Counted from the stretch's first letter, positions 50,625 through 60,112 are shown. The stretch: 64,000 nucleotides of DNA from Aeromicrobium sp. (GCF_047607065.1 NZ_JASGDU010000054.1:135-64134), one strand, 5' to 3'. The notes: a model not told the origin generated them from the letters alone. Numbers and translations: made by a program.

Positions 50625-51527
50625 GTGAGAGTGCGTCACGTCCTGGGAGGGGCTGCGGCAGCGAGTGCCGCAGCAGTTGCTTGGGGGGCCTTGATCGAGG
50701 TGCGGGCGTTTACGCTGCGCGAGTTCGCCGTGCCGGTGCTCGCTCCGGGGTCGCGGCCGGTGCGCATCTTGCACCTGTCCGACGCGCACATGCTGCCCTC
50801 GCAGGGCCGCAAGCAGGCGTGGCTGCGGGCGCTGGCCGACCTCGAACCCGATCTCGTCGTCAACACGGGCGACAACCTCTCGCACGTCGACGCGCTGCCG
50901 GCCGTGCTCGACGCCTACGGACCGCTGCTCGACGTGCCCGGTGTGTTCGTGTTCGGCTCGAACGACTACTTCTCCCCCCGGCCGAAGAACCCCGTGCGCT
51001 ACCTGCTGGGCGGCACCGGCGTCGCCTCCGGCGGGGCCTGGCAGCGGGTGCCCGACCTGCCGTTCGAGCAGATGCGCGAGGCGTTCACCGGGCGCGGCTG
51101 GGTGGACCTGACCAACCGCCACGACGCGCTCACCGTCGGCGGCCAGCGGCTCGCGTTCGTCGGGGTCGACGATCCGCACCTGGAGTACGACGTGCTCGAC
51201 GACGCCCCCGCCGATCCGGGGGCGGACCTGGCCATCGGCGTCGCGCACGCCCCCTACCTGCGGGTGCTCGACCGATGGAACACGCTCGGCTACCGGCTGA
51301 TCCTCGCCGGGCACACTCACGGTGGTCAGTTGTGCCTGCCGTACGTCGGCGCGCTGGCCACCAACTGCGATCTCGACACCGCCCGCGCGAAGGGGCTGCA
51401 CACCCACCGGGTGCCGGGACACGAGCCGTCCTGGATGCACGTCTCGGCGGGCCTCGGCACTTCCCCGTACGCGCCGATCCGCTTCGCCTGCCGACCCGAG
51501 GCGACACTGCTCACGCTGACTGGGTAG
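50625..51527 (+). CDS. metallophosphoesterase (Rv3683-like)
   Basis: ILHLSDAHM, NTGDN, GSNDY, GHTHGGQ. The start is approximate (in-frame GTG at 50625 or 50631). Confidence 0.8.
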   Translation: MRVRHVLGGAAAASAAAVAWGALIEVRAFTLREFAVPVLAPGSRPVRILHLSDAHMLPSQGRKQAWLRALADLEPDLVVNTGDNLSHVDALPAVLDAYGPLLDVPGVFVFGSNDYFSPRPKNPVRYLLGGTGVASGGAWQRVPDLPFEQMREAFTGRGWVDLTNRHDALTVGGQRLAFVGVDDPHLEYDVLDDAPADPGADLAIGVAHAPYLRVLDRWNTLGYRLILAGHTHGGQLCLPYVGALATNCDLDTARAKGLHTHRVPGHEPSWMHVSAGLGTSPYAPIRFACRPEATLLTLTG

Positions 51528-51560
51528 ACTCGCCCCGGTCGTTGACGCTGACGACTGCCA

Positions 51561-51634
51561 CGGGGTGTGGCGCAGCTTGGTAGCGCGCATCGTTCGGGAC
51601 GATGAGGCCGCAGGTTCAAATCCTGTCACCCCGA
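51561..51634 (+). tRNA. tRNA-Pro (anticodon CGG)
   Basis: Hand-folded. Acceptor CGGGGTG/CACCCCG plus A. D arm GCGC-AGCTTGGTA-GCGC. Anticodon arm CATCG-TTCGGGA-CGATG. T arm GCAGG-TTCAAAT-CCTGT. CCA is not encoded. Confidence 0.95.
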
Positions 51635-51650
51635 CGTTGCCCTCAGGGGC

Positions 51651-51690
51651 GCGAAGACTCCCGGATCACACGCGATCCGGGAGTCTTCGC
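51651..51690 (+). terminator. hairpin after tRNA-Pro
   Basis: GCGAAGACTCCCGGATC (51651-51667) pairs with GATCCGGGAGTCTTCGC (51674-51690), a 17-bp perfect stem. GTTGTTG follows. Confidence 0.6.
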
Positions 51691-51786
51691 GTTGTTGCGC
51701 AGGTCCGCTCGCCTGATGCGCCGTCGCAGATGTCGGCTCCGGCCGGTAGACTTCGGCTACGACCCGATCCTCGACGGAAGGCGGCG

Positions 51787-53265
51787 GTGGACATCCACGA
51801 CCTCGACCAGTTCCTGCTGATCGGGTCTGCGGTGCTGATCGTTGCGGTGCTCGCCGTGCGGCTGTCGGTCACCGCCGGGCTTCCCTCGCTGCTGATGTAC
51901 CTGGCCCTCGGCCTGCTGCTCGGTTCCAGCGGCCTCGGCATCGAATTCGACAACGCCGACCTGGCCCTGTCGTTCGGCCTCTCGGCGCTCATGCTCATCC
52001 TCGCCGAGGGCGGTATCACGACCAACTGGTCGCATGTGCGCCCGTCTATCGGCTTCGGGCTGCTCCTGGCGACCCTCGGCTCGGTGGTCAGCGTGCTGGT
52101 CGTCTCGGTCGGGGTCCATGTGTTGTTGGACCTGAACTGGACACTCTCGATACTGCTCGCTGCGGTGCTCACTCCCACCGACGCCGCCGCCGTGTTCTCC
52201 GTGTTGCGCAGCGTGCCGTTGAAGCACCGGGTCAGCGGCACCCTCGAAGCCGAGTCGGGCCTCAACGACGCACCGATCGTCGTGCTGGTGCTGGCGATCA
52301 GCAGCGGCGACCTCGCCCACGGCGGCCTCGTCTCGTTCGCGGTGCTCATCGTTTACGAAGTGGTCGCCGGCATCGGCCTCGGCGCAGCCGTCGGCCTCCT
52401 CGGCGGTGCGCTGCTCAAGCGGGTGGCACTACCGGCCTCCGGTTTGTATCCGCTCGTCGTGGTGGCGTTCACGATCTTCGCGTACTCCTCGGCGGCTGCG
52501 GTACATGCGTCCGGATTCGCCGCGATCTACGTGGCCGCGCTCATCCTGGGCAACACCGAGCTGCCGCACCGTATGGCGACTCGGTCCTTCGTCGAGGGGG
52601 TGGGATGGCTCGCGCAGATTGCGCTATTCGTCATGCTGGGCCTGCTGGCCAGTCCCGGTGAGTTCTCGTGGTGGCACATCTGGATGGGCGTCGCCGTCGG
52701 TGCGATCCTCACCTTCGTCGCCCGGCCGCTGTCCATCGCCGTCTGCGGCGTGTGGTTCGGCATCCGCATGCGCGAGCAGCTGTTCCTCGGCTGGGCCGGG
52801 CTGCGGGGCGCAGTGCCGATCATCTTGGCGACGATCCCGCTGGCCCACGATGTACCCGGCTCGCACGACCTGTTCAACATCGTCTTCGTCGCGGTGGTGA
52901 TCTACACCCTCGCCCAGGCCGCGCCGCTCGGTGTGCTGGCGTCGTGGTGCGGCGTGCTGGGCGAGGTACGCCAGCTCGAGGTGGAGGCGGCACCACTCGA
53001 ACGCATTGCCGCCGACCTGCTGCAGGTGCGCGTGTCGAGTGGCTCGAAGTTCGTCGGCCTGGAGGTCGGGGAGCTGCGCCTGCCGCAGGGGGCGGTGGTG
53101 TCGCTGCTCGTGCGGGGCGAGGAGACGCTCGTCCCGTCCAGGAACACCCGCATCATGGTCGGCGACGAGATGCTCATCGTCAGCTCACGCCAGGTGCGCG
53201 ACCGGGTCGACCGGAGGCTGACGTCGGTGGCGCGCCACGGCCGGCTCGCCGACTGGGGCCGGTAG
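51787..53265 (+). CDS. nhaP: K+/H+ (cation/proton) antiporter, CPA1/NhaP2 type with C-terminal TrkA_C (RCK_C) domain
   Basis: Track ORF 51565..53265 runs through the tRNA. The in-frame GTG at 51787 gives VDIHDLDQFLLIGSAVLIVAVL. The protein has about 12 TM segments. The C-terminus FVGLEVGELRLPQGAVVSLLVRGEETLVP...GDEMLIV is TrkA_C-like. Confidence 0.85.
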   Translation: MDIHDLDQFLLIGSAVLIVAVLAVRLSVTAGLPSLLMYLALGLLLGSSGLGIEFDNADLALSFGLSALMLILAEGGITTNWSHVRPSIGFGLLLATLGSVVSVLVVSVGVHVLLDLNWTLSILLAAVLTPTDAAAVFSVLRSVPLKHRVSGTLEAESGLNDAPIVVLVLAISSGDLAHGGLVSFAVLIVYEVVAGIGLGAAVGLLGGALLKRVALPASGLYPLVVVAFTIFAYSSAAAVHASGFAAIYVAALILGNTELPHRMATRSFVEGVGWLAQIALFVMLGLLASPGEFSWWHIWMGVAVGAILTFVARPLSIAVCGVWFGIRMREQLFLGWAGLRGAVPIILATIPLAHDVPGSHDLFNIVFVAVVIYTLAQAAPLGVLASWCGVLGEVRQLEVEAAPLERIAADLLQVRVSSGSKFVGLEVGELRLPQGAVVSLLVRGEETLVPSRNTRIMVGDEMLIVSSRQVRDRVDRRLTSVARHGRLADWGR

Positions 53266-53274
53266 GAGGATCTC

Positions 53275-53400
53275 TGCCCCTGAGGTGCGAGGAGCTTGCG
53301 GCCTCGAAGGGCGAAGGGATCCCCTCGAAGGCCGAAGGGACCCAGACAGCGGGCCGTTGTTGGGGTCCGTTCGAGGCTCCTTCGTCGCACCTCAGGGACC
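53275..53400. repeat. palindromic repeat family, inverted unit pair (cluster L)
   Basis: gcccctgaggtgcgaggagcttgcggcctcgaagggcgaagggatcccctcgaaggccgaagggaccc ... ggggtccgttcgaggctccttcgtcgcacctcagggacc. Confidence 0.8.
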
Positions 53401-53414
53401 GCGGCGGAACGCTC

Positions 53415-53927
53415 TTACAGTTCGAGGTCGGGGACACACACGTCGACGTCGCGCGAGGCGGTGATCTCCGTCGGGGCGGCCTCGTTCAGATCGGTGTAGT
53501 TCGGTCCCACGACCACGGTGACGCCGTCGCCGATCTTCACATCGGGTGCGACGATCTGCGGCGTGACCTGGAACTGCTGCGCTACGAGTTGCACCAACGG
53601 GTCCTCGGGATCCTCGGTGAAGATCGCGACCTGATCGATGGGGATTTCGCTGGTGCTGTTGGCGATGGAGCCGGCGAGGAAGCCGTGCCTCTGCAGGTTG
53701 ATGCTGACCCGGTTGGCCAGGCCGCTGCGCCCGGAGGCGTTGAGCACGTCGACCTCGATGAGGTTCGCGGTGAGGTTTTCCCCTGCGGCGACGTGGTGGT
53801 CGGTGCAGCTTGGCCCGGGGTCGGTGGTCTCGGGCTTTTGGGTCAGCAGGTTCCAGCCGACCATCGCCCCGCCGACGAACATCACCCCAGCGGCGGCCGT
53901 GACCAACAGACTCGTCGATCGCGTCAT
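53415..53927 (-). CDS. LytR_C domain membrane protein
   Basis: N-terminal TM, then VDVLNASGRSGLANRVSINLQRHGF...VTVVVGPNY, typical of the LytR cell-envelope-related C-terminal domain. Confidence 0.8.
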   Translation of the reverse strand: MTRSTSLLVTAAAGVMFVGGAMVGWNLLTQKPETTDPGPSCTDHHVAAGENLTANLIEVDVLNASGRSGLANRVSINLQRHGFLAGSIANSTSEIPIDQVAIFTEDPEDPLVQLVAQQFQVTPQIVAPDVKIGDGVTVVVGPNYTDLNEAAPTEITASRDVDVCVPDLEL

Positions 53928-54073
53928 CGGCGCGCTCCCCTCGTGTGTGCCCGTGTGTGCCCGTGCAAGATCACTTCGACAGTCTAGGTGAGCCAGTCCG
54001 GGGGTTTGCGGTCGTAGGGGGTCGGCTGATCGGAGGACTCGGCTGGGTCACGTTCCGTAGTAGGCTCGCGGGC

Positions 54074-55201
54074 ATGCTCCGCCGCCGTCGTAGCCGCCCC
54101 GAGCGCTTGTACGTCATCGGCGTACCAGGTCACCCGAACTTCGGAGACGAAGCAATCGCTCGTGCGTGGCTTCGATGGTTGGCACGTCACCGGCCCGATG
54201 CTGAAATCTGGCTCGACACCCCCAATCCGTCGGGTGCCTCGGTCCTCCACCAGGGCATTCATCCGCGAGTAGTCTTCGTGGATACGATCTGCCGTCTTGG
54301 TGGTTGGGAGCGTGAGGGTACGCCGCAGGAGCGGGCCGCTGGGGTTGAACGGATCCTCGACAACCCCTCCTTGGCCCCTCGGTGGATGGCCGGCCTGGAA
54401 GCGTTCCATACTGCGGACCGTGTCCACCTCATCGGTGGCGGCTACCTGACCGGTGCCGATCCGGTCTTCTCTGGCCTTGTCGGTGCCGTGCGGTGGGCGC
54501 ATTATCGACGAGGCATCCCTGTGGCGGCTACAGGCCTCGGCATGATGCCGATGTCTGATGAGTTGATTCAACTCTGGCGAGATTCTGCCGATGCCTACAC
54601 GGTGCTGACGGTCCGCGACGAGTCGACACGGACGGCACTGAGAGGGGTCGCCGACTTGGCGCCCGATGACGTCTTCCTCGGCGGCACGGGGACCCACGTG
54701 TCTCATGGCGGTCACCATCCTCGGACCGTCGTCGTCGCGCAGGAGGATGGACATGATCGCTTCGATCTCCTCGAACAACAGGTCACCCGCCTCTTGGAGA
54801 TGTGGGGCGTCACCGACGATCTCTGCTTCGTCGAGGCCAATCCGCCGCTAGACCGCCGGATCTTCTCGGCCTTGCGTGATCGGTGGCCGACTGCCGGGTT
54901 CCTGTCGTTCACCGAACTCATGCGTCAGGGATTGCCCGTCGGCGGCCACCAACAGTGGATTTCGACCCGGTACCACCCGCACCTTTTGGCGGCCTCCCAG
55001 GGCGCTCGTGGGGTGGCCTTGAACGTCAGCGACGACTACTACGGTGTCAAGCATGCGGCCGTCGAAGCGTGGGGGTCGGCTTGGCCCATCATCGGGCTGC
55101 ATGATGACCCAGTTCTTCCGGGAGACCCGGGTGACCTTCCCGGTCGGTCGGCCGGCTATTCCGCACACCTGAGGCAGATCGCCGAGACGATCTACTCGTA
55201 G
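54074..55201 (+). CDS. polysaccharide pyruvyl transferase family protein
   Basis: YVIGVPGHPNFGDEAIARAWLRWL..., HLIGGGYL, ISTRYHPHLLAA resemble the CsaB/PS_pyruv_trans family. Lower-GC gene. The ATG at 54074 lies inside track ORF 53945..55201. Confidence 0.7.
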   Translation: MLRRRRSRPERLYVIGVPGHPNFGDEAIARAWLRWLARHRPDAEIWLDTPNPSGASVLHQGIHPRVVFVDTICRLGGWEREGTPQERAAGVERILDNPSLAPRWMAGLEAFHTADRVHLIGGGYLTGADPVFSGLVGAVRWAHYRRGIPVAATGLGMMPMSDELIQLWRDSADAYTVLTVRDESTRTALRGVADLAPDDVFLGGTGTHVSHGGHHPRTVVVAQEDGHDRFDLLEQQVTRLLEMWGVTDDLCFVEANPPLDRRIFSALRDRWPTAGFLSFTELMRQGLPVGGHQQWISTRYHPHLLAASQGARGVALNVSDDYYGVKHAAVEAWGSAWPIIGLHDDPVLPGDPGDLPGRSAGYSAHLRQIAETIYS

Positions 55202-55398
55202 TCTCCAGTGGGTTGTCATCCCTTTGGCCGACGGTCAACCTGTGTGACACCGCACAGACAGGGGGAACACAGTCGGGGAGAGGCGACGTCGGGGAGGCCA
55301 TCGCGAAATGGCTTGCCCTGTAGGCTCTGAGGGGTTTCTGCCGCAAGCGGCCTACGCGCTCTAGCCTGCGGCTCTAGATTCGTCCTTAGGATTCCACG

Positions 55399-57225
55399 GT
55401 GGACACTTCCCCCCGACCACAGCCGATGACACAGGTCATCCAACGTATGTTGTTCGCTCCGCTCGACGCTGTGCCGGAGGAGCTTTATGTCCTCACGTCG
55501 GGACAAGTCGCCTGCACCCGCACCACCGGATCTCTCGGCCCGTGGTCCAGTCTCAGCACATGTACGTATTTTGGCCGGGTGCCGGTGTCCTACGTGCAGC
55601 GGTGGACCACGGTGACGGCTGTCGATGTCGTCATGACCGTGAGCGGGCGAGGGCGAGTGCGAGTCATGGCCGACGATCACCTCTCAGGCAGCCGCATTGT
55701 GAGCCAGGAGGAGTTCGACAGTGAGGTTCCGCTCACGCTGCGTCTTCAGGCACCGGTGGACCGTTATCTCGAGGCCGGGCACATCTGGGTGGAGGCAAGT
55801 ACGACACATGGTCACCTGACCGTCGGTGACGTGCGCGTCGATGCGGTGGGCACGAGGAGGCCGCGATCAGCCTCCGTGGTGATCTGCACCTACAACCGGC
55901 CGACCTACTGCACTGCCACGCTCGCGCGGATCGCGTCGGACCCAGCCGTGTTGGACTTGATCGACCGAATCGTTGTCGTCGACCAAGGCAGCGCACTGGT
56001 TACCGACGCCCAGGGTTTCGGCGAAGTCGCGAGGGACCTGGGCGAGCGGTTGCATGTGGTGCAGCAGGGAAACTTCGGCGGTGCGGGCGGCTTCACTCGA
56101 GGGTTGATCGAGTTGCGCGGGTTGTCGCGGTCCGCAGACTTCGCGGCGATCCTCATGGATGATGACATCCAACTTGAACCTGAGTCGTTGCTCCGCTTGG
56201 TAGCTTTTGATGCCCAGCGGCGTGATCCGACGATCATCGGCGGTCAGATGCTCAAGTTGTTCCATCCATCGGTATTGCTGACGCACGGAGAGCAGACGGA
56301 CTTCTCCGATTTGCGTGGGGGCGTGCCCGTTGACCACGAGGTGCACGGCGTCGACCTGCTGGAGACGCTACCGGCTCGCCGGATTGACGTGGAGTACAAC
56401 GCATGGTGGTTGTGCCTGGTGCCCTCGGAGTTGCTCGACAAGGTGGGCCTCCCTCTGCCGATCTTCTTTCAAGGCGACGACATCGAACTTGGCCTGCGTG
56501 CTCGTGAGGTAGGCGTACAGACGGTGACGCTGCCCGGTGCTGCGGTGTGGCACGCGGACTTCGAGTTCAAGGACTGGGACAGCCCGATCGCGTTCTTCGC
56601 GATACGCAACGCACTCATCAACGCGGCCCTGCACACCGATCTCGTTCCTTCCGGGGTGGTGGAGAAGCTAGCTATTCGGTTACGACACCAATTGATCGAG
56701 TACCGCTACGGACTCACCGCGACCATTCTGTTCGCGATCGAACAGTTCCTTGCCGGTCCGGCGATCTTGGATGCGGGCGGCGCTGAGGATCTCGAGGCGG
56801 TCATGCGCTTACGAGCGAAATACCCGGACACCCATCGGTTGACTGCCGAGGAGGTGCGGGAGCGGGGTCTCGGCCATGTGCGGTTGCGTCAGGAGGACTG
56901 GGTCCCCGACGACGCGGATAAAGCATCACTGCGGCGGTTTATCGGTCAGTTGCGAGGGCGCGTCATGCCGGAGGTGGCTCTTCCGTCGTTGGCCCCGTGG
57001 TGGCAAGGGAGTTCCTTTCGGACGATCGTTGCCACCGACTGTTCGCAGGATGCTTTTCGCGTGCGCTCTCTTTCGCGGAGAGAGACTCTTCGGCAGGCGC
57101 GTGAGTGTCGACGGGTGTTGCGCAGGCTGCGTCGTGAAGGCCCGCGTGTCGTCGAAGCATGGCGGGCCGCGCGACCCGAACTCACCTCCGAAAAGTCGTG
57201 GCGAACGTTGCTCGGACTCGTCTGA
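55399..57225 (+). CDS. glfT2: GT2 galactofuranosyltransferase, GlfT2-like
   Basis: By eye it aligns along the M. tuberculosis GlfT2 sequence as I recall it: TYFGRVPVSYVQRWTTVTAVDVVMTVSGRGRVRV; VICTYNRP; GGAGGFTRG; LMDDDIQLEPES; RRIDVEYNAWWLCLVP; PIFFQGDDIELGLRA; TLPGAAVWH. The start may be the ATG at 55426. Confidence 0.85.
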   Translation: MDTSPRPQPMTQVIQRMLFAPLDAVPEELYVLTSGQVACTRTTGSLGPWSSLSTCTYFGRVPVSYVQRWTTVTAVDVVMTVSGRGRVRVMADDHLSGSRIVSQEEFDSEVPLTLRLQAPVDRYLEAGHIWVEASTTHGHLTVGDVRVDAVGTRRPRSASVVICTYNRPTYCTATLARIASDPAVLDLIDRIVVVDQGSALVTDAQGFGEVARDLGERLHVVQQGNFGGAGGFTRGLIELRGLSRSADFAAILMDDDIQLEPESLLRLVAFDAQRRDPTIIGGQMLKLFHPSVLLTHGEQTDFSDLRGGVPVDHEVHGVDLLETLPARRIDVEYNAWWLCLVPSELLDKVGLPLPIFFQGDDIELGLRAREVGVQTVTLPGAAVWHADFEFKDWDSPIAFFAIRNALINAALHTDLVPSGVVEKLAIRLRHQLIEYRYGLTATILFAIEQFLAGPAILDAGGAEDLEAVMRLRAKYPDTHRLTAEEVRERGLGHVRLRQEDWVPDDADKASLRRFIGQLRGRVMPEVALPSLAPWWQGSSFRTIVATDCSQDAFRVRSLSRRETLRQARECRRVLRRLRREGPRVVEAWRAARPELTSEKSWRTLLGLV

Positions 57226-57536
57226 CGGGTGCCGCACCGCGAAGGTCAGGGGGCATCCTTCCCACCGGGATTCATGCGGGTTACCTAGTGAGGCCGAGAC
57301 GCGGGCTTCAGGTCCGCCGATATCGCGTTTTGTCGCCGTAGAGTTGACCCATGGCACGCCGATCCTTGTACATGACGCTGTTGCAGCGCCATCTGTCCGA
57401 AGGCGAGCCGTGGACCGAGGCCTCCGAGCACGCGCTCAGTGGCGTGGCGCACGCCTACGACCTCATCAAGCAGGCCGTGATCGGTCCGCCGGCCCTCCGC
57501 CCAGGCCGGCGGTCCTCCTCCGCCGACCAGTGACGT

Positions 57537-58688
57537 TCACTCGGCTGTGGGATCGATGAGGATCTTCGCGTGCTTCTCGGGATCGCCGAGTTGATCGAAG
57601 GCCGCAGCGACGCCGTCCAGCCCCACGGTGCCGGTATGCAGGGGTGAGGGGTCGAGGGTGCCGTCGGCGAGCCACATGAGCACCTGGCGGAACTCGGCCG
57701 GGTCGTAGCCGAACGCGAAGCGGAACTCGTGTTCCTTGTTGACCGCCATGACCGGCCGGAAGGTGTCGGGTTCCATGCACACGCCGACGATGACGATGCG
57801 GCTCAGCATGGGTGCCTGCGTGCTGATCTGTTCGATGATGCCGGGCACGCCGACGCACTCGAAGACCACCGGACCCTTCGGCAGCGCGCCGGCCACCTCG
57901 GCGGCCTGGAAGGCACGCCACCAGGGCACCTTCGGCAGCCGGCGCAGCCGCTCCATCGTGGTCAGTCCTAGCCGCAGGTAGCTGACGGCATCGGTCAGGT
58001 ATCGCTTGTCGTCGACGAACTCGTGCCACGGCGATTCACGGGCCGGGTCGATGACGACATCGGCCCTGCAGCGCCGAGCCAGATTGCGGCGACCCGGCGA
58101 CGGGTCGCTGGCGATCACCCGCTTGACGCCGCTGGCCTTGAGCAGCAGGATCACGGCCAGCCCGATGGGACCGCAGCCGATGACGACGGCGGTGTCCTTG
58201 CGGCCGAGGTGGCCCTTGCGCACGGCGTGCCAGGCGACGGCCAGGGGTTCGGTCATGGCGGCATGGTCGAGGCTGACCCCGTCGGGTACCTCCATCGTCA
58301 TCGCCTCGGATACCAGGACGTATTCGGCGTAGCCGCCGCCGGCCTTGGGGGTGAGGCCGGTCATCTGCACGCCGCCGTCGGTGCCGAGGACGGGCAGCGA
58401 GACGACCCGGGTGCCGGCCTGCCAGCGGCTGCGGGTCTTGGGGCCGTAGGCGACCACTTCGCCGACGAACTCGTGACCGAGTACGACACGGTCGTCGGGG
58501 GTCATGAAGTCGTGATAGCCGACCTCACTGATGGTGTCGTGGGTGAGCTGGGCGTGGTGGCGCACGTGGAGGTCCGATCCGCAGATGCCCGACCGCAGCA
58601 CCCGCACGAGCACCTGGCCGCGGCCAGGCGTCAGCTCGGGCAGCTCTTCGACGGTCAGCTCGCTTCGATGGCAGACGACTGCACGCAT
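57537..58688 (-). CDS. zinc-dependent medium-chain alcohol dehydrogenase
   Basis: The ATG at 58688 gives MRAVVCHRSELTVEELPEL...GICGSDLH..LGHEFVGEV..VIGCGPIGL. Track ORF 57537..58916 is over-extended. Confidence 0.85.
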   Translation of the reverse strand: MRAVVCHRSELTVEELPELTPGRGQVLVRVLRSGICGSDLHVRHHAQLTHDTISEVGYHDFMTPDDRVVLGHEFVGEVVAYGPKTRSRWQAGTRVVSLPVLGTDGGVQMTGLTPKAGGGYAEYVLVSEAMTMEVPDGVSLDHAAMTEPLAVAWHAVRKGHLGRKDTAVVIGCGPIGLAVILLLKASGVKRVIASDPSPGRRNLARRCRADVVIDPARESPWHEFVDDKRYLTDAVSYLRLGLTTMERLRRLPKVPWWRAFQAAEVAGALPKGPVVFECVGVPGIIEQISTQAPMLSRIVIVGVCMEPDTFRPVMAVNKEHEFRFAFGYDPAEFRQVLMWLADGTLDPSPLHTGTVGLDGVAAAFDQLGDPEKHAKILIDPTAE

Positions 58689-58771
58689 GAGAACCCCTTC
58701 GTTCATCCTTGGTCCGACCCTAGGGCGGCCGTCTCGGGCGGCGACGCAGTGGTCATCGCCTAGAGTTCTCG

Positions 58772-59956
58772 GTGATGCTCTCCCCCTTGTTCGTGCGGAT
58801 CGCGCTCGCACTCGCCATCGTGGTGCTGACCGCGTTCTTTGTGGGCGGCGCGCCGGGGGGGGGTGCCGGTCCGGTGCCGCCGGCCAGCGCCTCCACCGCG
58901 AGGAACCCGGCGGCACCGGCTGAGCCGGCGTCGGTCGTCATCGGCGCATCGGGCGAGATTTTGCCCCATGCGCCGGTGATCCGTAGCGCTCACCAGCTCG
59001 CGGGCAATCGCTCGGGTGCCTACGACTTCGCGCCGCTGTTCGCGGAGGTCGCGCCGTTGTTGAGCGCGCCGCAGCTGTCGCTGTGTCATTTGGAGGCACC
59101 GATCAGCGATGATCCGCTCGATATCGACCGGCCGGCGGGCATGGTGTTCAACAGTCCGCCGCAATTGGCCGCAGCGCTGGCCGGAGCCGGGTTCGACGGC
59201 TGCGAGTTCGCGTCGAATCACACCCTGGATCAGGGCATGAGCGGCCTGCGGGACACGCAGGCGGTCGTGGAAGGTGCTGGGATGACCTATGCCGGGCCGT
59301 CGGCCGACGCGGCACGATCCGGGCAGCCGGCGATGCTGCGGGCCGGTGACCTGACCATTGCGCATCTGGCTTATAGCTACACAGCCTTCAACGACAGTAC
59401 CGAACCCAATGCGCGGGTGCCCGAGGCGGCTCCGTGGCTGTCCGGGACGCTGTGGGCCGCAGTCGGGGCCGCCGGCATTGCCGGCGATGCCGAGCGGGCG
59501 CGCGAGGCCGGGGCCGATCTGGTCGTGGTGAGCCTGCATTGGGGCGTCGAGTACCAGGCCGAGCCCACCGGGGATCAGCGTGAGGTCGCTCGCGAACTGC
59601 TGGAGGCCGGTGCCGTCGATCTGATCCTGGGCACGCACGCCCACGTGGTACAGCCGTGCGAGAAGATCAACGACCGCTATGTGCTGTACGGGATGGGCAA
59701 CTTCCTCTCGAATCAGTCGCCGAGTGCGGGCCTGCCGGTGCCGACACAGGACGGGATGATCGCGCAGGTGACGCTGGCGCTCGATGCGGACGGCGCTCTG
59801 ACCTCGTCGCTGGCCGTGCAGCCGGCGCAGGTACAGATTCCCGGGCATCGGATCCAGTTGGCGACGCCGCAGCGGAATGCCGCCAGCTACCAGCGGACGA
59901 TGGACACCCTCGGCTCGCTCGGCACCTGCGACGTCACTTCCCTCGCCGCCGCCTGA
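58772..59956 (+). CDS. capA: CapA-family (PGA_cap) metallophosphatase-fold protein
   Basis: N-terminal TM. Motifs ASNHTLDQG, VSLHWGVEYQ, ILGTHAHVVQP, YGMGNFLSNQ. Confidence 0.8.
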   Translation: MMLSPLFVRIALALAIVVLTAFFVGGAPGGGAGPVPPASASTARNPAAPAEPASVVIGASGEILPHAPVIRSAHQLAGNRSGAYDFAPLFAEVAPLLSAPQLSLCHLEAPISDDPLDIDRPAGMVFNSPPQLAAALAGAGFDGCEFASNHTLDQGMSGLRDTQAVVEGAGMTYAGPSADAARSGQPAMLRAGDLTIAHLAYSYTAFNDSTEPNARVPEAAPWLSGTLWAAVGAAGIAGDAERAREAGADLVVVSLHWGVEYQAEPTGDQREVARELLEAGAVDLILGTHAHVVQPCEKINDRYVLYGMGNFLSNQSPSAGLPVPTQDGMIAQVTLALDADGALTSSLAVQPAQVQIPGHRIQLATPQRNAASYQRTMDTLGSLGTCDVTSLAAA

Positions 59957-60112
59957 GTGCGCCCTTCGAGGCCGCTCGTTCCTCGCGGCACCTCAGGACC
60001 CGCTTGCGAGCCTCGAAGGGCGAAGGGACCCGCCGACGCTGGTGGCTTCGCGGCTCGGCCGCAAGCGGCCTCACACCTCAGCCACCGGAGGAGGGTCGCC
60101 GGTCCCTGAGGT
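59957..60112. repeat. palindromic repeat family, several units (cluster M)
   Basis: gtgcgcccttcgaggccgctcgttcctcgcggcacctcaggaccc; cttgcgagcctcgaagggcgaagggaccc; cttcgcggctcggccgcaagcggcctcacacctcagcc; ccggtccctgaggt. It starts at the base after the capA stop. Confidence 0.85.

Noticed and set aside
57351-57533. 60-codon ORF MARRSLYMTLLQRHLSEGEPW... in the gap after the GlfT2-like gene
   Set aside because: It has no motif and no convincing ribosome-binding site, and its C-terminus is low-complexity. It may be a gene remnant within the lower-GC islet, but I cannot support it as a CDS.
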